A stretch of 32,000 bases of DNA from an archaeon (GCA_024277355.1 JAJRVL010000004.1:210001-242000); one strand, 5' to 3'; positions 1-9,760 are shown, counted from the first letter of the stretch. Made by a program: numbers and translations. Notes: generated by a model not told the origin, from the sequence alone.

Positions 1-6
1 AATCCT

Positions 7-183
7 TCACAAGTCATAAGGTTTTAAGGTTTTTCTTCCATTGTCTGAGCATCTTTTGATTGCTGAATCAATGTTTGCCATAACACTGGCACTTAATGCA
101 TCATAAGTATCAGAACCCATCTGCATATTTTTTGATTTAACATAATCTCCGACTTTACTTCTAACAACTAACATATCTGACAT
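7..183 (-). CDS. Small histone-fold protein (archaeal histone / DUF1931-like), 58 aa
   Basis: Not in ORF track. Reverse-strand translation: MSDMLVVRSKVGDYVKSKNMQMGSDTYDALSASVMANIDSAIKRCSDNGRKTLKPYDL*. The 'A+..NGRKT+KPYDL' ending is typical of archaeal histone-fold proteins. Confidence 0.75.
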   Translation of the reverse strand: MSDMLVVRSKVGDYVKSKNMQMGSDTYDALSASVMANIDSAIKRCSDNGRKTLKPYDL

Positions 184-361
184 AATTTTTTACCCCCAAA
201 AATCATTAAAAAAGCATTATTTTAGTGCTTTTCTAAATTACATAAACAAAAAAGGTATTTAAATCTAATAGTCAAAAACAGCTAAAAACAGGGAAAAACA
301 AGGAAAAAACCGTGAATTTCAGGGAATTAAAAGAAAAACAACAAACACGCTTATGTATAAG

Positions 362-1279
362 TTAGTCGTGTGCTTTTCCAATTATTTCATTTAATTTTGA
401 AACATTATTTTGATTCATCCAGTCTTCAATTTCTTTTGTAATTTCATTAAAACAGGTTTTTCCTCTTGCATAAAGAACTGTTCCAATTCCTACAGCTGAA
501 GCTCCAGCCATTATTAATTCAACTGCATCTTCTCCATTTGATATTCCGCCCATTCCTAAAATTGGAATTTCAATTTCTTTGTAAATGTCATAAACACATC
601 TGACTGCAATTGGTTTTATTGCTGCTCCAGTGTATCCTCCTTTCTTAAAAGATAAAACTGGTTTTTTTGTTTTTAAATTTATTTTCATTCCAGGGCCAAC
701 AGAATTAATTGCAGTTATTGCATTGGCTCCTGCTTCCTCGCAGGCTTTAGCTATTTTTCCTATGTCATTTGCCTGAGGAGTTAATTTTGGAAGAACAGGA
801 ATTTTTCCAACAACATTTTTTACTTTTTCAGTTATTTCGCCTGCAATTTTTGAATCACAACTAAAAAGCATTCCAAAATTATCTACATTAGGACAGCTTA
901 TATTTAATTCAATGAATTCAGGTTTTTTTCCTGCAATAAATTCTGCTACTTCAATAAATTCTTTTGTATTAGTTCCATAAATGCTTGCAATTAAAGGAAA
1001 ATTTCTTTTATTCATGTTTTCCCAGAAGTCTTCCATATTTTTATGTCCTGGAGTTGGCAGTCCAACTGCATTAAGTGTTCCGTGTTCTAATTTAACTATA
1101 AAAGGAAAAGGATGAGATTTTCTTTCTTTTGGACCAATGCTTTTCAAAGTTATTGCTCCTGCACCTGAATCATAAATTTCCTGCATTTCTTTATATTTGT
1201 CTCCATAAAAACCTGAAGGCAGCACAGTTGGATTACGAAAATCAAAAACTTTGTTTTTTACTCTTAAATCTGGTTTCAT
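362..1279 (-). CDS. pyrD: Dihydroorotate dehydrogenase, class 1B-like catalytic subunit
   Basis: 305 aa; motifs NPTVLPSGFYG, ELNISCPNV, LPKLTPQ, AINSVGPGM, GGISNGEDAVELIMAGASAVGIGT. Confidence 0.9.
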   Translation of the reverse strand: MKPDLRVKNKVFDFRNPTVLPSGFYGDKYKEMQEIYDSGAGAITLKSIGPKERKSHPFPFIVKLEHGTLNAVGLPTPGHKNMEDFWENMNKRNFPLIASIYGTNTKEFIEVAEFIAGKKPEFIELNISCPNVDNFGMLFSCDSKIAGEITEKVKNVVGKIPVLPKLTPQANDIGKIAKACEEAGANAITAINSVGPGMKINLKTKKPVLSFKKGGYTGAAIKPIAVRCVYDIYKEIEIPILGMGGISNGEDAVELIMAGASAVGIGTVLYARGKTCFNEITKEIEDWMNQNNVSKLNEIIGKAHD

Positions 1280-1321
1280 CTAACTAAATTAAATGCAGTA
1301 ATATTTTTATTTTGATTGAAG

Positions 1322-2440
1322 TTAAAGAAAATTTTCAACACATTTACCCATTCTTTCAAGTGATTCAAGAAAAATCTGTTCCTGCAAAGTAAAATTCATT
1401 CTGAAATATCCTTTTACCTGAAAACTTTGATTACTTGGCAGAACTGAAACACTGTATTTTTTGAGCAGTGTTCTGCAAAATTTACTGCTGTCTTTTGAAA
1501 ATTTTATTTTAGGAAAACACACAGCTCCTGCTTCAGGAACAACATAATCAAAATAATTTGAATTGCTTTCCATAAATTCATTTAAACAATTAATGTTGAA
1601 TTCAGTTCTGTTAATTATTTCAGGAAGAATTTTATTTTTGTTTTTTAATACTTTTAAAGCAAAAAAATCACTTAAAGAAGGTGTAACGTGAGTTAAATAA
1701 TCCTTATAATTCCTGCATTCAATTAACTCTTTTTTATTTCCAATAAGCCAGCCAACTCTTAAACCCATTACTCCAAAACATTTCACAATTGAACCTGTGG
1801 CAAAAACTTTTTCATAACCTGAATTTAAGTCATAACCTGAAACAATATTCTTTCCTTTAAATGAAAGAAAACGATAGTGCTCGTCAAATAAAACAAAACA
1901 ATCATTTTCTTCTGCAATTCTAATTATTTCTTTTAACTGGACTTCAGGAATAATCTTCCCTGTAGGGTTGTGAGGCGAATTAATTACAATTAATTTTGTT
2001 TTTTTGTTCACTGCTTTTTCAAGTTTACCTAAATCTAATTCAAAATTTTTTTCAAGCATGCTGATGAACTTTATTTTACAGCCTATTGCAATTGGAAGTT
2101 GATATAATGGCTGAAAAGAAGGAAACTGAACAACAACTTCATCTCCTTTAATTAAAACAGAATTAAAAAAAGCAAATAATGCTTCAGAAGTTCCTGTTGT
2201 AACCAAAACATTTTCTGTTTTTACTGTTAAATACTGTTTTGCTATTTCATTTCTTAATTCAACTGAACCCCAAGGAGAAGGATTTTCCAGCGAAATTTCT
2301 CCTAATTCTTTTTGTGTTATTTTGCAAGAAGAAAGAATTTCCCTGACATTAAAATCAGGGATCCCGCTTTCAGCTAAATTAATTTCTGTTTTTTGGTTTT
2401 CAGTAAGCCAGTCTTCCATTCCAAGTTTCTGCATTTTCAT
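1322..2440 (-). CDS. Pyridoxal phosphate-dependent class I/II aminotransferase
   Basis: 372 aa; INSPHNPTGKI, DEHYRF, candidate PLP lysine in GSIVKCFGVMGLRVGW; GIPDF-type N-terminus. Confidence 0.85.
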   Translation of the reverse strand: MKMQKLGMEDWLTENQKTEINLAESGIPDFNVREILSSCKITQKELGEISLENPSPWGSVELRNEIAKQYLTVKTENVLVTTGTSEALFAFFNSVLIKGDEVVVQFPSFQPLYQLPIAIGCKIKFISMLEKNFELDLGKLEKAVNKKTKLIVINSPHNPTGKIIPEVQLKEIIRIAEENDCFVLFDEHYRFLSFKGKNIVSGYDLNSGYEKVFATGSIVKCFGVMGLRVGWLIGNKKELIECRNYKDYLTHVTPSLSDFFALKVLKNKNKILPEIINRTEFNINCLNEFMESNSNYFDYVVPEAGAVCFPKIKFSKDSSKFCRTLLKKYSVSVLPSNQSFQVKGYFRMNFTLQEQIFLESLERMGKCVENFL

Positions 2441-3180
2441 TTAATCACATCCTTTACTTCGTTAAACCATTCTTTTCTGCATTCACAGGAAAGACTCTGA
2501 ATTTTTTCAATACTTTGAGTTTTATTGAAGTATTCAACTGCCTTACAGATTTTCTCAGTGCATTTATTACAGCTTCTTGTAAACCTGTCTTTTGAAAGAT
2601 TTTCATCACTTAATCCGGCAAAAATAATTCCTTTTTTGTATGAATTTTTTATTACTTCAACTACTGACCACAAATTCAATACATTGTATTTTTTATTGAG
2701 ATAAAGGTCTTCAATAAAAGTATTCTCAGGAATAAATACTGGTTCAAAAGAAACTCTTGCATTGACTCCAAATTTTTCTGCTGTATCAAAAACAAAATTC
2801 GCAGAATTAACTGAATCCAAAATCGCATATTTTTCACTTACAAAAGGTGGTTTTATCAGAACATAAGCCATAAACTCTGTTCCTGTTTCTGCACAAAGTT
2901 GCATGCATCTTTCAAAACCTTTTTTTGAAAGTCCTTTGTTGATAATTGAATTTCTTATAAAATCATCAGAACTTTCTAAACCAATAGAAAATTCAAGTAT
3001 TTTATTCCCTAAAAGCCGTTTGCTTCCCTGCAGTTTTTCTTTTGTAAGGTATTCTGCTCTGGATTCAATTACAACTTTTTTTATATTTGGAATCTCTGAA
3101 ATTTTCTGCATTGCATAATTTCTGAATTCAGGGGCAATTTCTTTGTCATTATAAAAAGAGCCCAAGGTGAAGTAAATCAA
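2437..3180 (-). CDS. C-terminal part of archaeosine biosynthesis radical SAM protein (RaSEA/COG1244-like), separate frame
   Basis: 247 aa starting at TTG: IYFTLGSFYNDKEIAPEFRNYAMQ... then VVIESRAEYLT, EFSIGLESSDDFIRN, C-terminal Cys cluster. Matches the part of the family following the radical SAM CxxxCxxC region. The TTG start is probably an artefact of the frame change. Confidence 0.75.
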   Translation of the reverse strand: MIYFTLGSFYNDKEIAPEFRNYAMQKISEIPNIKKVVIESRAEYLTKEKLQGSKRLLGNKILEFSIGLESSDDFIRNSIINKGLSKKGFERCMQLCAETGTEFMAYVLIKPPFVSEKYAILDSVNSANFVFDTAEKFGVNARVSFEPVFIPENTFIEDLYLNKKYNVLNLWSVVEVIKNSYKKGIIFAGLSDENLSKDRFTRSCNKCTEKICKAVEYFNKTQSIEKIQSLSCECRKEWFNEVKDVIK

Positions 3181-3436
3181 CTTGAGTTATTTGATTGTTT
3201 TCTGAAAGAACATTGTTTATTGCCCAATTTAATTGTTCTTTCATTTCGTTAACTGAAACAGTGTTGCTTGCACTGTTCTTGAAACCACACATAGTGCAGC
3301 CTCCATTTGAATTTTTGGCATACTCGCATCCGTTGGTTCTTAAAACTAACATTAGTCTTTCTGCCTGTTTTCCGTTAATGCTGACTGAAGTTTTTTTCCA
3401 GAAAGCAGGTTTTATGTTTTTATTCATTTTTTTCAC
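3149..3436 (-). CDS. N-terminal part of the same radical SAM protein (RaSEA/COG1244-like)
   Basis: 95 aa with MLVLRTNGCEYAKNSNGGCTMCGF, then out-of-frame termination after QVDLLHLGLFL*. Confidence 0.75.
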   Translation of the reverse strand: MKKMNKNIKPAFWKKTSVSINGKQAERLMLVLRTNGCEYAKNSNGGCTMCGFKNSASNTVSVNEMKEQLNWAINNVLSENNQITQVDLLHLGLFL

Positions 3437-3646
3437 CTCTAATGATATTTAACATAAACAAAAAAATTTTGTAAAAAAAGGAATTAATACAGGTGAATTA
3501 ACTCACTTGAATTAATTAATTTAATCTGCTGAAGGCTAACAAAATCAGTGATGAACTAAATCAACATTGTAAAGCAAATTAATCATGTAAATAATTTTAA
3601 ACCAAATCATTTAAAAAAAGAATTAAGTTAAATAAAACAGATAAAA

Positions 3647-3796
3647 ATGGTTAAAGAAGTAAAAGAAAATTTTCAGTGCGAAGAATGTAAATTAATTTAC
3701 AAAGAAAAAAGCATTGCAGAAAAATGCGAACAATACTGCAAAAAATATAATGCATGCAATTTAGAAATAATAAAACACGCAATTAATGAAAAATAA
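3647..3796 (+). CDS. Small conserved archaeal zinc-binding protein, 49 aa
   Basis: Not in ORF track. MVKEVKENFQCEECKLIYKEKSIAEKCEQYCKKYNACNLEIIKHAINEK*; CxxC plus spaced Cys, with the familiar archaeal 'CEECxxxYxxKxxAEKCExxCxxxxxCNLEIxKHA' pattern. Confidence 0.8.
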   Translation: MVKEVKENFQCEECKLIYKEKSIAEKCEQYCKKYNACNLEIIKHAINEK

Positions 3797-3838
3797 CAAA
3801 AACTTATTTAAAGATTTGTTGACATAAGTTTTTTTTTA

Positions 3839-4882
3839 ATGAACCAAAAAATTTCATCAGCAAAACTGATTTTATCTGACGGAACTGTTTTTTCCGGCAA
3901 GAGCTTTGGATTTAATTCTTCTGTTTCTGGAGAAGTAGTTTTTTCAACTGGAATGACTGGATACCCTGAAAGTTTAACTGATCCAAGTTATTCAGGACAA
4001 ATTTTAACTTTAACTTTTCCTTTAATTGGCAATTACGGCGTAAACAAAATCAGTGAATTAGAATCAAATAAAATTCAGGTTAAAGGATTAATTATAGATG
4101 ATTATTCTTTTTCTTTTTCTCACTGGAATTCAAAAAAAAGTTTAGCTGACTGGCTGAAAGAATTTAAGATTCCTGCAGCATACGGAATTGACACAAGAGC
4201 TTTAACACAAAAACTCAGAGCAAAAGGAACAATGACAGGAAAAATTGTAATTGGAAAAAATACTGAATTTTTTGATCCAAATAAAATAAATTTAGTTGAA
4301 AAAGTTTCCTGTGAAAAACACCAATGGATTGGAAAAGGAAACAAAAAAATTGCTTTAATTGATTTTGGAGTCAAACAAAGTATTATCCGGAGTTTAGTTA
4401 ACAGAAAAATTAAAGTTTTAAAGGTTCCATGGAATTCCAATTTAAAAGAATTAGATGTAGATGGATTTGTTTTAAGCAATGGTCCAGGAGACCCTGCTTT
4501 ACTTAAAAAACCAATTGAAAATATTAAAGAATTACTAAAAGATGCCAGGCCAATTTTTGGAATTTGTTTAGGAAACCAACTGCTTGGAAGAGCCGCAGGA
4601 ATTAAAACATTTAAATTAAAATTCGGCCACAGAAGCCAGAACCAGCCTTGTATTAATTTAGAAACAAAAAACTGCATTATTACTTCACAAAATCATGGTT
4701 TTGCATTAGAAAACAAAATGAAAAATGGTTTTATGAAATGGTTTGAAAATGCAAATGACAAAACCATTGAAGGAATAAAACATAAAACAAAACCGTTTTT
4801 TTCTGTTCAGTTCCATCCTGAAGCAAATCCCGGGCCATTAGATGCAAATTATTTATTTGATGAATTTAAGGAGAAACTATGA
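3839..4882 (+). CDS. carA: Carbamoyl phosphate synthase small (glutaminase) subunit
   Basis: 347 aa; VVFSTGMTGYPESLTDPSY, GPGDPALL, FGICLGNQLLG, PFFSVQFHPEANPGP. Confidence 0.96.
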   Translation: MNQKISSAKLILSDGTVFSGKSFGFNSSVSGEVVFSTGMTGYPESLTDPSYSGQILTLTFPLIGNYGVNKISELESNKIQVKGLIIDDYSFSFSHWNSKKSLADWLKEFKIPAAYGIDTRALTQKLRAKGTMTGKIVIGKNTEFFDPNKINLVEKVSCEKHQWIGKGNKKIALIDFGVKQSIIRSLVNRKIKVLKVPWNSNLKELDVDGFVLSNGPGDPALLKKPIENIKELLKDARPIFGICLGNQLLGRAAGIKTFKLKFGHRSQNQPCINLETKNCIITSQNHGFALENKMKNGFMKWFENANDKTIEGIKHKTKPFFSVQFHPEANPGPLDANYLFDEFKEKL

Positions 4883-7800
4883 AAAAAGTTTTATTATTAG
4901 GAAGCGGTGCACTAAAAATAGGCGAAGCAGGAGAATTTGATTTTTCAGGAAGCCAGGCAATTAAAGCATTAAAAGAAGAAGGAATAAAAATAATTTTAAT
5001 TAATCCAAATATTGCTACAATTCAGACATCAGAAAATTTTGCAGACAAAGTTTATTTTCTGCCTTTAACTTCTTTTTTTGTTGAAAAAGTAATTGAAAAA
5101 GAAAAACCACAGGGGATTTTGCTTTCTTTTGGAGGACAGACTGCATTAAACTGCGGAATAGAATTAGAAAAAAAAGGAATACTAAAAAAATTCAATGTAA
5201 AAGTTTTAGGAACGCCAGTTAAAACAATTGAAGAAACAGAAGACAGAAAAAAATTTATTAAAAAATTAAATGAAATTAAAGTTAATTCAATTGAATCAGT
5301 TGCAGTTAAAAATTTACAGAATGGATTAAACGCAGGAAAAAAAATTGGTTTTCCTGTAATGTTAAGAGTTGCTTTTGCTTTAGGAGGAAAAGGTTCAGGA
5401 ATAGCAAGAAATAAAAAAGAATTAAAGAAAAAACTAAAACAGGCTTTTACTTTTACTAAACAAATTTTAATTGAAAAATACTTAAATGGATTTAAAGAAG
5501 TTGAATATGAAGTTGTAAGAGACAAATTCAATAACTGCATTACAGTATGTAATATGGAAAACTTTGATCCATTAGGAATTCATACAGGGGAATCAATTGT
5601 TGTTGCTCCAAGCCAGACTTTAACTAATTTTGAGTACCATAAATTAAGGGAAATTTCAATTAAAGTAATAAAACATTTAGGAATAATAGGAGAATGCAAT
5701 ATTCAGTTTGCATTAAACCCAAAAAAAGATGAATATTATGTAATTGAAGTTAATGCAAGGCTTTCAAGAAGTTCTGCACTTGCTTCAAAAGCAACAGGTT
5801 ATCCTTTGGCTTTTATTGCAGCAAAATTAGCTTTAGGTTATTCTTTAACTCAAATAGAAAATTCAATTACAAAAAAAACTATTGCCTGTTTTGAGCCTGC
5901 GTTAGATTATTGTGTAATTAAAATTCCAAGATGGGATTTAAAGAAATTCAGGAATGCAGACTTGAAAATTAATTCGCAGATGAAATCTGTCGGGGAAGTA
6001 ATGGCAATAGGAAGAAAATTTGAAGAAGCATTGCAGAAAGCATTAAGAATGACTGAAACAGGATTTAATGGAATTCAATCAGATTTTTTTTCAGAAAAAA
6101 AAGAAATAGAAAAAGAATTAAAAGAACCTTCTTCTGAAAGAATCCATGCAGTTGCTTCAGCAATTAAAAAAAAATATTCAATTGAAAAAATTCATTCAAT
6201 GACAAAAATAGATAAATGGTTTTTATATAAAATAAAAAATATTTTTGAAACAGAAAAAAAGATTTTAAAACAAAAAAATAATTTAAGCAAAGAATTATTG
6301 CTTGAAGCAAAACAATCAGGTTTCAGCGATAAGCAGATTGCTTTATTGATTAATTCAACAGAAGAAAAAATAAGGAAAAAAAGGCATAAAGAAAAAATTT
6401 TTCCTGTAATAAAACAAATTGACACTTTAGCAGCTGAATATCCTGCAAAAACAAATTATCTTTACTTAACCTACAATGGAAAAAAAGATGATGTTAAAGC
6501 TTTAGAAAAAAACATTATTGTTTTAGGCGGAGGCCCTTATAGAATTGGTTCAAGTGTTGAATTTGACTGGTGTTGTGTTAATACATTAAAGGCTTTAAGA
6601 AAAAACAAATTAAACACAATAATGATTAATTGTAATCCTGAAACAGTTTCAACTGATTATGATGAATCAGACAAATTATTTTTTGAAGAACTTTCATTAG
6701 AAAGTGTCCTGGAAATTTACAGAAAAGAAAAATCCAAAGGAATAATTATTTCAATGGGCGGACAGATTCCAAACAATTTAGCTTTAGGACTAGAAAAAAA
6801 CAACGTGAAAATTTTAGGGACAAAAGTTAAAAGCATTGATTCAGCTGAAAACAGAAATAAGTTTTCAAAGCTTTTGGATTCAATTAAAGTCAACCAGCCT
6901 GAATGGAGGGAATTAACTTCGTTTAGTAAAGCAAAAGAATTTACAAAAATAGTGGGTTTTCCTGTTTTAGTTCGGCCAAGCTATGTTTTAAGCGGGGCAG
7001 GAATGGTAGTAGTATTTAATGAAAAAGAATTAGAAAATTACCTGAAAAAAAATGAATTGTCAAAAGAACATCCGGCAGTAATAAGCAAATTTATAATTAA
7101 TGGAAGAGAAATTGAAATTGACGGAATAGCAAAAAATGGAAAACTGGTAATTTATGCAGTTTCAGAACACGTGGAAAATGCAGGAATTCATTCAGGAGAT
7201 GCAACAATTGTTCTGCCTGCACAAAAAATTTATTTAGAAACAATAAATAAAATAAAAGAAATATCCAAACAAATTGCATTAAAACTGAATATTACAGGGC
7301 CATTTAACATTCAGTTTATTGCAAAAGACAATGAAATAAAAGTAATTGAATGCAATTTAAGGGCTTCAAGGAGTTTTCCTTTTTGTTCTAAAGTAATTGG
7401 AAAAAATTTCATTGATTATGCAGTTAAAGCAATGTTAAACAAACCAATAGAAAAAACAGTTGATTATTTTGGTAAATTAAATTACGTTGGCGTTAAAGCT
7501 CCTCAGTTTTCTTTTTCAAGATTAAGCGGAGCAGATCCAATTTCTGGAGTAGAAATGGCTTCAACAGGAGAAGTTGCCTGTTTAGGAACAGATTTATATG
7601 ATGCGTTTTTGAAAGCAATGCTTGCAGCAAACAATAAGCTTCCTGAAAAAAATATTTTGATTTCTTTAGGAGGCGAAGAAAACAAATATGCTTTGCTTAA
7701 ACCAATTCAAAAATTAGTTAATCAAAACTTTAATATTTTTACAACAAAAAATACACATAAGTTTTTGAAATTTCACGGAATAAAAAGCAAAAAATTATTT

Positions 7801-8070
7801 AAAGTTCAGGAAAAAAAAGAACCAAATGTATTAACTTTTTTAACTAAACAAAAAATTGATTTTATAATTAATGTTCCGGATAAATATCATTCAAAAGAAT
7901 GGGATCCTGATTATTTACTGAGAAGAACTGCAGTTGATTTTAATGTTCCTTTAATTACAAATCTGGAACTAACAAAATTATTTATTAAGTCAATAACAGA
8001 AAAAAGAATTGAAGACTTGGAAATAAAAAGCTGGGATGAATACTTAAAAAACGGAAAAACCAAACAATAA
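4879..8070 (+). CDS. carB: Carbamoyl phosphate synthase large subunit
   Basis: 1063 aa; two ATP-grasp halves (IGEAGEFDFSGSQAIKAL; GGGPYRIGSSVEFDWCCVN; IEVNARLSRSSALASKATGYPLA). ATGA overlap with carA (4879-4882). Confidence 0.96.
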   Translation: MKKVLLLGSGALKIGEAGEFDFSGSQAIKALKEEGIKIILINPNIATIQTSENFADKVYFLPLTSFFVEKVIEKEKPQGILLSFGGQTALNCGIELEKKGILKKFNVKVLGTPVKTIEETEDRKKFIKKLNEIKVNSIESVAVKNLQNGLNAGKKIGFPVMLRVAFALGGKGSGIARNKKELKKKLKQAFTFTKQILIEKYLNGFKEVEYEVVRDKFNNCITVCNMENFDPLGIHTGESIVVAPSQTLTNFEYHKLREISIKVIKHLGIIGECNIQFALNPKKDEYYVIEVNARLSRSSALASKATGYPLAFIAAKLALGYSLTQIENSITKKTIACFEPALDYCVIKIPRWDLKKFRNADLKINSQMKSVGEVMAIGRKFEEALQKALRMTETGFNGIQSDFFSEKKEIEKELKEPSSERIHAVASAIKKKYSIEKIHSMTKIDKWFLYKIKNIFETEKKILKQKNNLSKELLLEAKQSGFSDKQIALLINSTEEKIRKKRHKEKIFPVIKQIDTLAAEYPAKTNYLYLTYNGKKDDVKALEKNIIVLGGGPYRIGSSVEFDWCCVNTLKALRKNKLNTIMINCNPETVSTDYDESDKLFFEELSLESVLEIYRKEKSKGIIISMGGQIPNNLALGLEKNNVKILGTKVKSIDSAENRNKFSKLLDSIKVNQPEWRELTSFSKAKEFTKIVGFPVLVRPSYVLSGAGMVVVFNEKELENYLKKNELSKEHPAVISKFIINGREIEIDGIAKNGKLVIYAVSEHVENAGIHSGDATIVLPAQKIYLETINKIKEISKQIALKLNITGPFNIQFIAKDNEIKVIECNLRASRSFPFCSKVIGKNFIDYAVKAMLNKPIEKTVDYFGKLNYVGVKAPQFSFSRLSGADPISGVEMASTGEVACLGTDLYDAFLKAMLAANNKLPEKNILISLGGEENKYALLKPIQKLVNQNFNIFTTKNTHKFLKFHGIKSKKLFKVQEKKEPNVLTFLTKQKIDFIINVPDKYHSKEWDPDYLLRRTAVDFNVPLITNLELTKLFIKSITEKRIEDLEIKSWDEYLKNGKTKQ

Positions 8071-8114
8071 GTAAAACAAAAAAGTTTTTATAAAACAGAA
8101 TCCATGTTTTTAGT

Positions 8115-8753
8115 ATGAAACAATTAAAATTATCTGACTTAAAAGTTCATTTAATTGCTTTAATTATTTTTTTAGTTATAATTGGATTTTATTTTTTTAC
8201 ACAGGAAGGAAACCAGCTTAAAATTCTAAATAAAGCTTCAGGTTATGCTGGAGTTCTGTTAGGTTCAATTGTATTTATGTTAGGTCCTTTAAGCAGGTTT
8301 TATCCAAAAACTTTTGCACAGGACTTAAAATTCAGGAAACCTTTAGGTTTATGGGCTTTTGTTTTTATTTTAATTCATTTTTTGATTTCAATGGAATTAT
8401 ACTATAAATGGAGTTTTTCAGCTTTCCTGAATTTTGATAATCTTTTGGGAATAACTTTTACTGCTGCATTAATTTCTTTTGTTATTCTTGCTTTAATGAG
8501 TTTAACTTCAACGTCAAAGGCAGTGAAGACTTTAGGATACAAAAACTGGAAGTTTTTGCAAAGAACAGGGTATATTGCTTTGCTGCTTGGAGCAGTGCAT
8601 TACTCTTTAATTCCCGGGAATGTTTTTTTTAATTCAGTCCATGGAATGCTTTTATCATTAATTGTCGTTCTTGCTTTAATTCTGAAAGTTTATTCTTTGT
8701 TCAGAGGAGTAAAAAAACAAGAGCATCATTTTGAAGGAGAAAAAAATGCATAA
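8115..8753 (+). CDS. Ferric reductase-like / MsrQ (YedZ)-like heme-binding membrane protein
   Basis: 212 aa, ~6 TM; FRKPLGLWAFVFILIHFLIS and LQRTGYIALLLGAVHYSLIP with conserved His in helices. Confidence 0.6.
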   Translation: MKQLKLSDLKVHLIALIIFLVIIGFYFFTQEGNQLKILNKASGYAGVLLGSIVFMLGPLSRFYPKTFAQDLKFRKPLGLWAFVFILIHFLISMELYYKWSFSAFLNFDNLLGITFTAALISFVILALMSLTSTSKAVKTLGYKNWKFLQRTGYIALLLGAVHYSLIPGNVFFNSVHGMLLSLIVVLALILKVYSLFRGVKKQEHHFEGEKNA

Positions 8754-9036
8754 ACCATATTATAAAAAACCTTTAATAAGAAAAACAATCGCTGAAAAAA
8801 GTATTAAGACATTTACTGATAAAGCTAAAGGAGGGAATGTAGTTAGTGCATTTAGATACAAAATACAGCAGGGAAAATCAAGACCTAAAGGAAGATATCT
8901 TGGAAAATATGTAAGCAAAGAAAAAATGCTTGCAACACATATTTTTGATGCAAGAAAAGGAATTTACAGAAAATTAGGAAAACCTGTTTTAGTTGATGCA
9001 AGAATTTTCAGCCGGATTAAAGTTAAAAGAGAATAA
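8746..9036 (+). CDS. Hypothetical basic protein (~96 aa from preferred ATG)
   Basis: Track calls 8731..9036 from a TTG. An in-frame ATG at 8746 preceded by GAAGGAG is the better start (MHKPYYKKPLIRKTIAEK...). Confidence 0.55.
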   Translation: MHKPYYKKPLIRKTIAEKSIKTFTDKAKGGNVVSAFRYKIQQGKSRPKGRYLGKYVSKEKMLATHIFDARKGIYRKLGKPVLVDARIFSRIKVKRE

Positions 9037-9037
9037 A

Positions 9038-9760
9038 TTATTTTTTTCTCGCTAAACAAACAATGCTTGTTCCAAAAGGAAAATTTATTCCTTTTGAAAT
9101 TAAAAAGTTTTCAAATTTTAAAATATAATATAAAACTGAATTTAAGGGTTCAAATAATTCGTTTAAATCTGATTCTGCTTTTGAATGATTTTTATAAAAA
9201 AACTTTTTAAATAATTTAATTGAAACTGAAGGAAAAAACAAAAAGAAATTCCAGTAAGAAATTTTTTCAACTTTAAATCCATTTAATTCAAGCATGAATT
9301 TAATTTGGTTTTTGTTGTATCTTCTGAAATGATAAAGCAGTTTATCATGAGGCCCGAATAAAAATTGAAATGCAGGAACAGTTAAAAAAATAAATTTGTT
9401 TTCTTCAACTGACTTTGAAATTTGTTTTAATGCTTCTGAATCTTCTTCTAAATGTTCTAAGACATCCAATAATAAAACTAAATCGTATTTTTTTACAAAA
9501 TAAAAATTTTCAATTGCTGAATGCTTTAATTCAATTCCTTTTCTTTGAGCAAATTTAACTGCGTTTTTACTTGAATCTAATCCTTCAACTGAAAAACCTT
9601 TTTCTTTCAGCATTTCAAGCGTTCTTCCTGTTCCTGCGCCAATTTCAAAAACAGTTTTGATTTTTTCAGGCATAATTTTAAGCAAAAGATTTCTTCTTGC
9701 TTTAAGCCACCAGTTTGAATCATCTAAATTATGTAATTTTTCTATTTCTTTTTGTTTCAT
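9038..9760 (-). CDS. Class I SAM-dependent methyltransferase
   Basis: 240 aa; VFEIGAGTGRTLEMLKEKGF, YDLVLLLDVLEHLEEDSEALKQISKSV. Confidence 0.8.
   Translation of the reverse strand: MKQKEIEKLHNLDDSNWWLKARRNLLLKIMPEKIKTVFEIGAGTGRTLEMLKEKGFSVEGLDSSKNAVKFAQRKGIELKHSAIENFYFVKKYDLVLLLDVLEHLEEDSEALKQISKSVEENKFIFLTVPAFQFLFGPHDKLLYHFRRYNKNQIKFMLELNGFKVEKISYWNFFLFFPSVSIKLFKKFFYKNHSKAESDLNELFEPLNSVLYYILKFENFLISKGINFPFGTSIVCLARKK

Noticed and set aside
184-361. AAACAGCTAAAAACAGGGAAAAACAAGGAAAAAAC quasi-repeat
   Set aside because: Degenerate A-rich tract without consistent unit length; no CRISPR-like repeat-spacer pattern.
2903-3118. ORF on + strand opposite the radical SAM gene (and similar: 4120-4677, 5052-5540, 6192-6425, 7097-7279, 7503-7685)
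   Set aside because: Antisense shadow ORFs over strongly recognised coding regions; low-complexity, Phe/Leu/Ser-rich translations.
3437-3646. Possible second C/D sRNA (CTGA near 3522, TGATGA near 3549)
   Set aside because: Only partial boxes in the wrong order/spacing; no convincing C box upstream or closing stem.
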